Made by a program: the position numbers and the translations under genes. Positions 12,501 to 26,995 of a stretch of DNA of 64,000 nucleotides are shown piece after piece; position 1 is the first letter of the stretch; each line of letters opens with the position of its first letter. The notes beneath the pieces were generated by a model. It saw nothing but the letters and a program-made list of their open reading frames with translations, did no database searches and was not told the DNA's origin. The DNA is from Torpedo marmorata (lineage: Eukaryota). The DNA is taken from the NCBI GenBank assembly GCA_977017645.1, contig OZ360243.1:28086001-28150000 (forward strand), in the 5' to 3' direction.

Positions 12501-15500
12501 CACAGACGACAGCCAGTTCCACAACAGGTGAGTGATCATGTCTTTTAATGGCTTTTGTCGAGATTCTCAACACAACACGTCTCCTTCAGTTTCGCATCCA
12601 GTACATCCCCGTCAACAGGGTTGCTTTAATTTCAACCTGTAAAAAGTGCAAGTGATATTCCTCCTTGTTAAATTCAAAAGAAGTCGCTGATGAACTTCAG
12701 CAAGAGCGGCATGATTAGCGTAGCAGCGCAACGCTGTTACAGTGCCAGCGACCCGTGTTCGAATAGGGCACTCTCTGCAAGGAGTTTGTACTATCTCCCC
12801 GTGTATTTTGTCACTATTCATGCATTTGTTCTCTCTCTCCAGGAACAGAAACAACATCCTTGACAACTCCCTCAACCATAAGTTCCACATCAGGTGAGTA
12901 CATATCCTTTCACTAAGTTGACACAAATGTTCCTTTAATGCAAATACACATGACATGCACAGCTCATTCTTTTGTTTGTCCAACAACATGGTCCTTTCCT
13001 GTGGCAAGGCAACAGCAAACAAATTCACATTTGAAAACCAGTTAAATCTTCCCTCAGCCCAATATTTATGCAAGACAAATAAATGTCTGTGAATAACAGC
13101 CTGATAACATGTTCAAGACAAGGAAATAACATGGGGAACTGGATTAAATCATTCTCTCAGCACACTGGATTCACACATGTCCAGGAAGAGAGACAAAATT
13201 GATTTGAGACAAGGAGATGGCATCTTTGGGCTGTTTAATAAGAGGTTGAAAGAATGGAGCACACCAGCCTATTTTCGTCTGTCCACATGTCATTCCAAAA
13301 ATTCAGAATTCTCCACATGCATTCATTACCACACATGCAGGTGAATTTCAATGTTGAATTGTACCAAAACATTCTGACATTTTGCACATAAGAAGCTCAT
13401 GATTTCCAAATAACATGGAGAAGATGGGGAATGACAGTGTTACAGCGCAGGATTCAACTTCTGATATTTCCAACTACAACCAGATTCTGGATGTCAAATA
13501 TTTTAATTAGCATGGTTTAAACTATATTTTTGCATCTATCATCATTTCTGTCCCAGTTTCATTGGCTCCACATTTAATCGCATTGAAAGGAGCATGGTGT
13601 GGTTGTTAACACTCTCCTTCTCTTTCAAAAGAAACAACTGGAACGAGCACAACTGGCACCACACAGACGACAGCCAGTTCGACAACAGGTGAGTGATCAT
13701 GTCTTTCAATGGCTTTTGTCGAGATTCTCAACACAACTCGTCTCCTTCAGTTTCGCATCCAGTACATCCCCGTAAACAGGTTTGCTTTAATTTCAACCTG
13801 TAACAAGTGCAAGTGCAATTCCTCCTTGTTAAATTCAAAAGAAGTCGCTGATGACCTTCAGCAGGGGCGGCATGGTTAGCGTAACAGTTAGCGCAACGCT
13901 CTTACAGCGCCATCGAACCGTGTTCCAATACGGCACTCTCTGCAAGGAGTTTGTACGATCTCCCCGTGTATTTTGTCAATATTCATGCATTTGTTTTCTC
14001 TCTCCAGGAACAGAAACAACATCGTTGACAACTCCCTCAACCATAAGTTCCACAACAGGTGAGTACATATCCTTTCACTAAGTTGACACAAATGTTCCTT
14101 TACTGCAAATACACATGACATGCACAGCTCATTCTTTTGTTTGTCCAACAACATGCTCCTTTCCTGTGGCCAGGCAACAGCAAACAAATTCACATTTGAA
14201 AACCAGTTAAATCTGCCCTCAGCCCAATATTTATGCAAGACAAATAAATGTCTGTGAATAACAGCCTGATAACATGTTCAAGAGAAGGAAATAACATGGC
14301 GAACTGGATTAAATCATTCTGCCTTCACACATGTCCAGGAAGAGAGTCAAAATTGATTAGAGACAAGGAGATGGCATCTTTCGGCTGTTTAATAAGAGGT
14401 TGAAAGAATGGAGAACACCAGCCTATTTTCGTCTGTCCACATGATATTCCAACAATTCCAAATTCTCAACATGCTTTAATTTCCACACAAAGAGGTGAAT
14501 TTCAAAGTCGAATTGTACAAAAACATTCTGACATTTTGCACTTTTGAAGCTCATGATTTCCAAATAACATGGACAAGAATGGGATAAGACAGTGTTACAG
14601 ACACAGGATACAACTTCTGATATTTTCAACCATAACCAGATTCGGGAGGCCAAATATTTTTAATTAGCATGGTTTAAACTATATTTTTGCATCTATCATC
14701 ATTTCTGTCCCAGTTACATTGTCTCCACGTTTAATCGCATTGAAAGGTGCATGGAGCGGTCGTTAACACTCTCTTTCTCTTTCACAAGAAACAACTGGAA
14801 CGAGCACAACTGGCACCACACAGACGACAGCCAGTTCCACAACAGGTGAGTGATCATGTCTTTTAATGGCTTTTGTCGAGATTCTACACACTACACGTCT
14901 CCTTCAGTTTCGCATCCATTACATCCCCGTCAACAGGGTTGCTTTAATTTCAACCTGTAACAAGTGCAAGTGATATTCCTCCTTGTTAAATTCAAAAGAA
15001 GTCGCTGATGAACTTCAGCAAGAGCGGCATGATTAGCGTAGCAGCGCAACGCTGTTACAGAGCCAGCGACCCGTGTTCGAATAGGGCACTCTCTGCAAGG
15101 AGTTTGTGCGATCTCCCCATGTATTTTGTCACTATTCATGCATTTGTTCTCTCTCTCCAGGAACAGAAACAACATCCTTGACAACACCCTCAACCATAAG
15201 TTCCACATCAGGTGAGTACATATCCTTTCAATAAGTTGACACAAATCTTCCTTTACTGCAAATACACATGACATGCACAGCTCATTCTTTTGTTTGTCTA
15301 ACAACATGCTCCTATCCTGTGGCCAGGCAACAGCAAACAAATTCACATTTGAAAACCAGTTAAATCTTCCCTCAGCCCAATATTTATGCAAGACAAATAA
15401 ATGTCTGTGAATAACAGCCTGATAACATGTTCAAGACAAGGAAATAACATGGGGATCTGGATTAAATCATTCTCTCAGTACACAGGATTCACACATGTCC

Positions 15501-18500
15501 AGGAAGAGAGTCAAAATTGATTTTGACAAGGAGATGGCATCTTTCGGCTGTTTAATAAGAGGTTGAAAGAATTGAACACACCCGTCTGTTTTTGTTTGTC
15601 CACATGTAATTCCAATAATTCCAAATTCTCAACATGCTTTCATTTCCACACAAATAGGTGAATTTCAATGTCGAATTGTACAAAAACATTCTGACATTTT
15701 GCACTTTTGAAGCTCATGATTTCCAAATAACATGGAGAAGATGGGGAATGACAGTGTTACAGCGCAGGATTCAACTTCTGATATTTCCAACTACAACCAG
15801 ATTCGGGAGGCCAAATATTTTTAATTAGCATGGTTCAAACTATAATTTTGCATCAATCATCATTTCTGTCCCAGTTTCATTGGCTCCACGTTTAATCGCA
15901 TTGAAAGGAGCATGGTGTGGTTGTTAACACTCTCCTTCTCTTTCACAAGAAACAACTGGAACGAGCACAACTGGCACCACACAGACGACAGCCAGTGCCA
16001 CAACAGGTGGGTGATCATGTCTTTCAATGGCTTTTGTCGAGATTCTGATCAACACGTCTCCTTCATTTTCACATCCATTACATCCCCGTAAACACGGTTG
16101 CTTTAATTTCAACCTGTAACAAGTGCAAGTGCAATTCCTCCTTGTTAAATTCAAAAGAAGTCGCTGATGACCTTCAGCAGGGGCGGCATGGTTAGCGTAG
16201 CAGTTAGCGCAACGCTCATACAGCACCAGCGAACCGCGTTCCAATAGGGCACTCTCTGCAAGGAGTTTGTACGATCTCCCCGTGTATTTTGTCAATATTC
16301 ATGCAGTTGTAATCTCTCTCCAGGAACAGAAACAACATCGTTGACAACTCCCTCAACCATAAGTTCCACAACAGGTGAGTACATATCCTTTCAATAAGTT
16401 GACACAAATGTTCCTTTACTGCAAATACACATGACATGCACAGCTCATTCTTTTGTTTGTCTTACAACATGCTCCTTTCCTGTGGCCAGGCAACAGCAAA
16501 CAAATTCACATTTGAAAACCAGTTAAATCTTCCCTCAGCCCAATATTTATGCGAGACAAATAAAGGCTGTGAATAATAGCGCGATAACATGTTCAAGACA
16601 AGGAAATAACATGGGGAACTGGATTAAATCATTCTCTCAGCACACAGCAGACACACACATGTCCAAGAAGAGAGTCAAAATTGATTTGATGCAAGAAAAT
16701 GGCATTTTTCGGATATTCAATAAGAGATTGCAAAAATGGGAACACACCCGTCTGTTTTCGTTTGTCCACATGTAATTCCAAAAATTCCGAATTCTCAACA
16801 TGCATTCATTTCCACACATATAGGTGAATTTCAATGTCGAATTGTACAAAAACATTCTGACATTTTGCACTTTTGAAGCTCATGATTTCCAAATAACATG
16901 GAGAAGAATGGGATAACAGTGTTACAGACACAGGATTCAACTTCTGATATTTTCAACCATAACCAGATTCGGGAGGCCAAATATTTTTAATAAGCATGGT
17001 TTAAACTATAATTTTGCATCAATCATCATTTCTGTCCCAGTTTCATTGGCTCCACGTTTAATCGCATTGAAAGGAGCATGGTGTGGTTGTTAACACTCTC
17101 CTTCTCTTTCACAAGAAACAACTGGAACGAGCACAACTGGCACCACACAGACGACAGTCAGTTCCACAACAGGTGAGTGATCATGTCTTTCAATGGCTTT
17201 TGTCGAGATTCTCAACACAACACGTCTCCTTCAGTTTCGCATCCAGTACATCCCCGTCAACAGGGTTGCTTTAATTTTCACCTGCAACAAGTGCAAATTC
17301 AATTGCTCCTTGTTAAATTCAAAAGAAGTCGCTGATGAACTTCAGCAAGAGCGGCATGATTAGCGTAGCAGCGCAACGCTGTTACAGCGCCAGCGACCCG
17401 TGTTCAAATAGGGCACTCTCTGCAAGGAGTTTGTACGATCTCCTCGTGTATATTGTCAATATTCATGCATTTGTTCTCTCTCTCCAGGAACAGAAACAAC
17501 ATCCTTGACAACTCCCTCAACCATAAGTTCCACAACAGGTGAGTACATATCCTTTCAATAAGTTGACACAAATGTTCCTTTACTGCAAATACACATGACA
17601 TGCACAGCTCATTCTTTTGTTTGTCCAACAACATGCTCCTTTCCTGTGGCCAGGCAACAGCAAACAAATTCACATTTGAAAACCAGTTAAATCTTCCCTC
17701 AGCCCAATATTTATGCAAGACAAATAAATGTCTGTGAATAACAGCCTGATAACAAGTTCAAGACAAGGAAATAACATGGAGAACTGGATTAAATCATTCT
17801 CTCAGCACACTGGATTCATACATGTCCAGGAAGAGAGTCAAAATTGATTTGAGACAAGGAGATGGCATCTTTCGGCTGTTTAATAAGAGGTTGAAAGAAT
17901 GGGAGCACACCAGCCTATTTTCGTCTGTCCACATGTCATTCCAAAAATTCAGAATTCTCCACATGCATTCATTTCCACACATGCAGGTGAATTTCAATGT
18001 TGAATTGTACCAAAACATTCTGAAATTTTGCACATAAGAAGCTCATAATTTCCAAATAACATGGAGAAGATGGGGAATGACAGTGTTACAGCACAGGATT
18101 CAACTTCTGATATTTCCAACTACAAGCAGATTCTGGATGTCAAATATTTTAATAAGCATGGTTTAAACTATAATTTTGCATCAATCATCATTTCTGTCCC
18201 AGTTTCATTGGCTCCACATTTAATCGCATTGAAAGGAGCATGGTGTGGTTGTTAACACTCTCCTTCTCTTTCACAAGAAACAACTGGAACGAGCACAACT
18301 GGCACCACACAGACGACAGTCAGTTCCACAACAGGTGAGTGATCATGTCTTTCAATGGCTTTTGTCGAGATTCTCAACACAACACGTCTCCTTCAGTTTC
18401 GCCTCCAGTACATCCCCGTCAACAGGGTTGCTTTAATTTTCACCTGCAACAAGTGCAAATTCAATTGCTCCTTGTTAAATTCAAAAGAATTCGCTGATGA

Positions 18501-21500
18501 ACTTCAGCAAGAGCGGCATGATTAGCGTAGCAGCGCAACGCTGTTACAGCGCCAGTGACCTGTGTTCCAATAGGGCACACTCTGCAAGGAGATTGTACGA
18601 TCTCCCCGTGTATTTTGTCACTATTCATGCATTTGTTTTCTCTCTCCAGGAACAGAAACAACATCCTTGACAACTCCCTCAACCATAAGTTCCACAACAG
18701 GTGAGTACATATCCTTTCAATAAGTTAACACAAATGTTCCTTTACTGCAAATACACATGACATGCACAGCTCATTCTTTTGTTTGTCCAACAACATGCTC
18801 CTTTCCTGTGGCCAGGCAACAGCAAACAAATTCACATTTGAAAACCAGTTAAATCTTCCCTCAGCCCAATATTTATGCAAGACAAATTATTGTCTGTGAA
18901 TAACAGCCTGATAACATGTTCAAGACAAGCAAGTAACATGGGGAACTGGATTAAATCATTCTCTCAGCATACAGGATTCACACATGTCCAGGAAGAGAGT
19001 CAAAATTGAATTGAGACGAGGAGGTGGCATCTTTCGGCTGTTTAATAAGAGGTTGAAAGAATGGAGCACACCAGCCTATTTTCGTCTGTCCACATGTAAT
19101 TCCAAAAATTCCGAATTCTCAACATGCATTCATTTCCACACATATAGGTGAATTTCAATGTCGAATAGTACAAAAACATTCTGACATTTTTGCACTTTTG
19201 AAGCTCATGATTTCCAAATAACATGGACAAGAATGGGATAAGACAGTGCTACAGGCACAAGATACAACTTCTGATATTTTCAACCATAACCAGATTCGGG
19301 AGGCCAAATATTTTTAATTAGCATGGTTTAAACTATATTTTTGCATCTATCATCATTTCTGTCCCAGTTACATTGGCTCCACGTTTAATCGCATTGAAAG
19401 GTGCATGGAGCGGTTGTTAACACTCTCTTTCTCTTTCACAAGAAACAACTGGAACGAGCACAACTGGCACCACACAGACGACAGCCAGTTCCACAACAGG
19501 TGAGTGATCATGTCTTTTAATGGCTTTTGTCGAGATTCTCAACACAACACGTCTCCTTCAGTTTCGCATCCAGTACATCCCCGTCAACAGGGTTGCTTTA
19601 ATTTCAACCTGTCAAAAGTGCAAGTGATATTCCTCCTTGTTAAATTCAAAAGAAGTCGCTGATGAACTTCAGCAAGAGCGGCATGATTAGCGTAGCAGCG
19701 CAACGCTGTTACAGTGCCAGCGACCCGTGTTCGAATAGGGCACTCTCTGCAAGGAGTTTGTACTATCTCCCCGTGTATTTTGTCACTATTCATGCATTTG
19801 TTCTCTCTCTCCAGGAACAGAAACAACATCCTTGACAACTCCCTCAACCATAAGTTCCACATCAGGTGAGTACATATCCTTTCACTAAGTTGACACAAAT
19901 GTTCCTTTAATGCAAATACACATGACATGCACAGCTCATTCTTTTGTTTGTCCAACAACATGGTCCTTTCCTGTGGCAAGGCAACAGCAAACAAATTCAC
20001 ATTTGAAAACCAGTTAAATCTTCCCTCAGCGCAATATTTATGCAAGACAAATAAATGTCTGTGAATAACAGCCTGATAACATGTTCAAGACAAGGAAATA
20101 ACATGGGGAACTGGATTAAATCATTCTCTCAGCACACTGGATTCACACATGTCCAGGAAGAGAGACAAAATTGATTTGAGACAAGGAGATGGCATCTTTG
20201 GGCTGTTTAATAAGAGGTTGAAAGAATGGAGCACACCAGCCTATTTTCGTCTGTCCACATGTCATTCCAAAAATTCAGAATTCTCCACATGCATTCATTA
20301 CCACACATGCAGGTGAATTTCAATGTTGAATTGTACCAAAACATTCTGACATTTTGCACATAAGAAGCTCATGATTTCCAAATAACATGGAGAAGATGGG
20401 GAATGACAGTGTTACAGCGCAGGATTCAACTTCTGATATTTCCAACTACAACCAGATTCGGGATGTCAAATATTTTAATTAGCATGGTTTAAACTATATT
20501 TTTGCATCTATCATCATTTCTGTCCCAGTTTCATTGGCTCCACATTTAATCGCATTGAAAGGAGCATGGTGTGGTTGTTAACACTCTCCTTCTCTTTCAA
20601 AAGAAACAACTGGAACGAGCACAACTGGCACCACACAGACGACAGCCAGTTCGACAACAGGTGAGTGATCATGTCTTTCAATGGCTTTTGTCGAGATTCT
20701 CAACACAACTCGTCTCCTTCAGTTTCGCATCCAGTACATCCCCGTAAACAGGTTTGCTTTAATTTCAACCTGTAACAAGTGCAAGTGCAATTCCTCCTTG
20801 TTAAATTCAAAAGAAGTCGCTGATGACCTTCAGCAGGGGCGGCATGGTTAGCGTAACAGTTAGCGCAACGCTCTTACAGCGCCATCGAACCGTGTTCCAA
20901 TACGGCACTCTCTGCAAGGAGTTTGTACGATCTCCCCGTGTATTTTGTCAATATTCATGCATTTGTTTTCTCTCTCCAGGAACAGAAACAACATCGTTGA
21001 CAACTCCCTCAACCATAAGTTCCACAACAGGTGAGTACATATCCTTTCACTAAGTTGACACAAATGTTCCTTTACTGCAAATACACATGACATGCACAGC
21101 TCATTCTTTTGTTTGTCCAACAACATGCTCCTTTCCTGTGGCCAGGCAACAGCAAACAAATTCACATTTGAAAACCAGTTAAATCTGCCCTCAGCCCAAT
21201 ATTTATGCAAGACAAATAAATGTCTGTGAATAACAGCCTGATAACATGTTCAAGAGAAGGAAATAACATGGCGAACTGGATTAAATCATTCTGCCTTCAC
21301 ACATGTCCAGGAAGAGAGTCAAAATTGATTAGAGACAAGGAGATGGCATCTTTCGGCTGTTTAATAAGAGGTTGAAAGAATGGAGAACACCAGCCTATTT
21401 TCGTCTGTCCACATGATATTCCAACAATTCCAAATTCTCAACATGCTTTAATTTCCACACAAAGAGGTGAATTTCAAAGTCGAATTGTACAAAAACATTC

Positions 21501-24500
21501 TGACATTTTGCACTTTTGAAGCTCATGATTTCCAAATAACATGGACAAGAATGGGATAAGACAGTGTTACAGACACAGGATACAACTTCTGATATTTTCA
21601 ACCATAACCAGATTCGGGAGGCCAAATATTTTTAATTAGCATGGTTTAAACTATATTTTTGCATCTATCATCATTTCTGTCCCAGTTACATTGTCTCCAC
21701 GTTTAATCGCATTGAAAGGTGCATGGAGCGGTCGTTAACACTCTCTTTCTCTTTCACAAGAAACAACTGGAACGAGCACAACTGGCACCACACAGACGAC
21801 AGCCAGTTCCACAACAGGTGAGTGATCATGTCTTTTAATGGCTTTTGTCGAGATTCTACACACTACACGTCTCCTTCAGTTTCGCATCCATTACATCCCC
21901 GTCAACAGGGTTGCTTTAATTTCAACCTGTAACAAGTGCAAGTGATATTCCTCCTTGTTAAATTCAAAAGAAGTCGCTGATGAACTTCAGCAAGAGCGGC
22001 ATGATTAGCGTAGCAGCGCAACGCTGTTACAGAGCCAGCGACCCGTGTTCGAATAGGGCACTCTCTGCAAGGAGTTTGTGCGATCTCCCCATGTATTTTG
22101 TCACTATTCATGCATTTGTTCTCTCTCTCCAGGAACAGAAACAACATCCTTGACAACACCCTCAACCATAAGTTCCACATCAGGTGAGTACATATCCTTT
22201 CAATAAGTTGACACAAATCTTCCTTTACTGCAAATACACATGACATGCACAGCTCATTCTTTTGTTTGTCTAACAACATGCTCCTATCCTGTGGCCAGGC
22301 AACAGCAAACAAATTCACATTTGAAAACCAGTTAAATCTTCCCTCAGCCCAATATTTATGCAAGACAAATAAATGTCTGTGAATAACAGCCTGATAACAT
22401 GTTCAAGACAAGGAAATAACATGGGGATCTGGATTAAATCATTCTCTCAGTACACAGGATTCACACATGTCCAGGAAGAGAGTCAAAATTGATTTGAGAC
22501 AAGGAGATGGCATCTTTCGGCTGTTTAATAAGAGGTTGAAAGAATTGAACACACCCGTCTGTTTTTGTTTGTCCACATGTAATTCCAATAATTCCAAATT
22601 CTCAACATGCTTTCATTTCCACACAAATAGGTGAATTTCAATGTCGAATTGTACAAAAACATTCTGACATTTTGCACTTTTGAAGCTCATGATTTCCAAA
22701 TAACATGGAGAAGATGGGGAATGACAGTGTTACAGCGCAGGATTCAACTTCTGATATTTCCAACTACAACCAGATTCGGGAGGCCAAATATTTTTAATTA
22801 GCATGGTTCAAACTATAATTTTGCATCAATCATCATTTCTGTCCCAGTTTCATTGGCTCCACGTTTAATCGCATTGAAAGGAGCATGGTGTGGTTGTTAA
22901 CACTCTCCTTCTCTTTCACAAGAAACAACTGGAACGAGCACAACTGGCACCACACAGACGACAGCCAGTGCCACAACAGGTGGGTGATCATGTCTTTCAA
23001 TGGCTTTTGTCGAGATTCTGATCAACACGTCTCCTTCATTTTCACATCCATTACATCCCCGTAAACACGGTTGCTTTAATTTCAACCTGTAACAAGTGCA
23101 AGTGCAATTCCTCCTTGTTAAATTCAAAAGAAGTCGCTGATGACCTTCAGCAGGGGCGGCATGGTTAGCGTAGCAGTTAGCGCAACGCTCATACAGCACC
23201 AGCGAACCGCGTTCCAATAGGGCACTCTCTGCAAGGAGTTTGTACGATCTCCCCGTGTATTTTGTCAATATTCATGCAGTTGTAATCTCTCTCCAGGAAC
23301 AGAAACAACATCGTTGACAACTCCCTCAACCATAAGTTCCACAACAGGTGAGTACATATCCTTTCAATAAGTTGACACAAATGTTCCTTTACTGCAAATA
23401 CACGACATGCACAGCTCATTCTTTTGTTTGTCTTACAACATGCTCCTTAAAAAGACTATTCATTTTATTCTTTTCGACATAACTCATTTTCAAGAATTGA
23501 TTTATTTTTATTATCGTCACAAATTCAGGATAGAATAACTCAAATTTCCTATAAAGCAAGAATAATTTCAGACCATTCGCCGTTATTAATGACATGTATA
23601 ATTCCAGAGAAAGAAAAAACTGTATATAATTGGAGATTAGACTCTTCTTTATTAAATAGAAAAGATTTCTGTGATTATATGAGAAAAGAAATTCAGGAAT
23701 TTTTACGAATTAATAATAATTCAGTTGATGATAAGTTTATAATTTGGGAGTCTTTAAAAGCATATTTAAGAGGATTGATAATAAGTTTTTCGGCAAAAAT
23801 TAGAAAAGATTATTTGAAGGAAGAAGAAAAATTGGAGGGGGAGATTGAAGTTATGGAAAAAAATTTTCAACGAAATAAAACAATTCTTAAGAGACAACGT
23901 TTAATGGGGAAAAAATTACATTATAATATATTACAAACTCGAAAAATTGAAAAATTAATTGGTAGAACAAAGCAAAGATATTATGAATTGGGAGAAAGAG
24001 CACATAAAGTTTTAGCATGGCAATTAAAGAAAGAACAAGTTTCTAAAACTATAAATGCTATAAAGAAAAGTAATGGAGATATAACTTATAAACCTCAAGA
24101 AATAAACAATTCTTTTAAAGAATATTATCAAAATTTATATACTTCACAAATGAGTCAAGATGTTGTTAAAATTGATGATTTTTTATCTAAAATTATGTTG
24201 CCTAAATTAAATAGTTCTAATAGAGATTTGTTAGATCTACCAATTACAATGAGAGAAGTAGGTGAAGCTTTATCTTCATTGAATAGTGGTAAATCTCCTG
24301 GTGATGATGGATTTCCTGTAGAGTTTTATAAGAAGTTTAAAGATTTATTGATACCTATATATATGGAAGTATTGACTCAAATAAAGGAAACTCAGTTATT
24401 ACCGAAAACATTTTTAAATGCTGTTATTACAGTTATACCGAAGAAGGATAGAGATGTATTGAAAACTGAATCGTATAGACCTATATCATTGTTAAATGTA

Positions 24501-26961
24501 GATTATAAATTAATGGCAAAAATATTGACAAATAGATTAGCTAAGTTTTTACCATTTTTAATACATTCAGATCAAGCAGGATTTATTAAAAATAGATATT
24601 CAAAGGATAATATAGCAAGATTAATAAGTTTGATTAATTTACAAAAAAAGAAACAGGATTTACCGTTAGTGATAGCATTAGATGCAGAAAAAGCATTTGA
24701 TAGATTAGAGTGGAAGTTTTTATTTAAGGTTTTAGAGAAATATGGATTTGGAAATACGTTTATAAATTGGATTAAAACTATATATAAGGAACCTACAGCT
24801 AAAGTAATCACAAATGGTCAAATATCATCTAAATTTTCTTTGACACGGTCAACAAGACAAGGGTGTCCATTGTCACCTGCTTTATTTGTATTGGCAATAG
24901 AACCGTTGGCGGAAATGATTAGGAAAGATATGACTATAAAAGGGATAAAAGTAGGTACAGAAGAGCATAAAATTAGTTTGTTTGCAGATGATGTATTAAT
25001 ATATATGACAAAGTCTATTGAATCACTTCAACAATTGGATAAAATATTGAGGGATTATGGTGAAATATCTGGATATAAAATAAATTCGGATAAAAGTGAA
25101 ATAATGGCTTTATCTCAAGGAGATTATACTAAATGTAAAGAAGTTACAAAATTTAAATGGGCTAAAGAAGCTATTAAATATTTGGGAGTAAAAGTGGATA
25201 CAAAGTTAGAAAATTTATATAAATTAAATTATATACCTTTATTTCAGAAAATAAAGAAGGATTTAGATAATTGGAAAGATTTACCTATAACTTTAATAGG
25301 AAGAGTGAATTGTATTAAAATGAATATTTTTCCAAGAGTTCAATATCTTTTTCAATCTATACCTTTTAGTATTCCTCAAAAATTTTTTAAAGATTTAAAA
25401 AGTATTATCAGAAAGTTTTTATGGAAAGGAAAACTGGCAAGAGTAAGTATGGATAAATTAACTTGGGAATATGAAATGGGTGGATTACAACTTCCTAATT
25501 TTCAATATTATTATAAGGCAGCACAATTAAAGTTTATAAATGAATTATTTGATTTAACTAAAAATACGGCTTGGATTAATATAGAATTAAATAATATAGG
25601 AGAAAGAAATAAAGAAGATATTATTTATAAATGGAATTCTAAATTATTATTGATTAAAAAGAAAAAGTCACCGATTATTAGACATTTATTAGAGATTTGG
25701 AATCAACTAGATAATGAAATAGGGCGAAAAGGATCAATTTCTTTAAATATGCCATTATATCAGAATTTATTATTACCATTTTCTATGGATAATCAATTTT
25801 TAAAAGTATGGCATCAAAAAGGAATTAAGAAGATTAAAGATTGTTTTGAGGCAGGACGATTTGTTACTTTTTCGAGATTGAAAGAAAAATTTGGAATAAT
25901 GGATAATACAATTTTAGCTTATTATCAAGTTAAAGGATTTTTAGTTGAGAAATTAGGGAATCAATTAATATCCCCTAGACAGGATGGGTTAGAATTATTA
26001 ATTACTAATGGAAATGTCAATAAATTTATATCGCAAATGTATAAATTATTTCAGAAAAAGATACCTAAAGTAGGATTGCATAAATCTAGATTAAATTGGG
26101 AATCAGATCTAAATACTAATATAGATGAACAACATTGGAAAGAATTGTGTAAATTGAGTATGACTAAGATTATTAATGTTAGATATAGATTAGTACAGTA
26201 TAATTTTTTCCATCAATTATATATAACACCTAAAAGATTAAAGAAATTTAACCCGGCATTGTCAGATATGTGTTTTAGATGTAAAGACAAAATAGGTTCT
26301 TTTGTACATTGTACATGGTCGTGTTTGAAAATTAAAAATTTTTGGTCTAAAGTTAAAGATTTTTTAGATAGAATTTTTAATATTATGATTCCATTGGATC
26401 CCATGATATTTCTATTTGGAGATATAAAAAGAATTAGTATTAGAAATAGATTAAATATGTATCAAATAGAATTTTTAAGAATTGTGTTAGCTATTTCAAA
26501 AAAATGTATTGCTATTACTTGGAAATCAGATTTAGATTTGAATTTAGATAGATTACATGCAGAGTTACGTTCATGTATACCTTTGGAAAAAATTACTTAT
26601 AATTTACGAGATAAATATCATTTCTTTTTGAAAATTTGGAGCCCATATATGAGAATTATGGGTATGAATTAATTCTCTAAAAGTTAGTACTGCTGACAAA
26701 AGTAACCTCCATATATAATTAGAGTTAGTCTGAAATAGTTTTCTCCTCATACTAACATTCTTAACTTTATTTCTCATTCTATTTCTTTCCTTTTAACTAA
26801 CACTTTTATATATATTTTTTTTTTTATCTTTCTTTATTAGAATAGTGTGGGAGGGTTGGGGAGGGGAGGGAGGGAAGGGAGGGTGGTAAATGTATCACAT
26901 GTATTTTGAACAATATATTATTTTTGACTATGTATTTTGTGATTTTAAAAATTAAATAAAA

Positions 26962-26995
<34 letters not shown>

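Noticed and set aside
23589-26672. Domesticated or autonomous reverse transcriptase gene
   Set aside because: The 5' truncation inside the endonuclease, poly(A) tail, TSD and empty paralogous sites show an ordinary recent L1 insertion.
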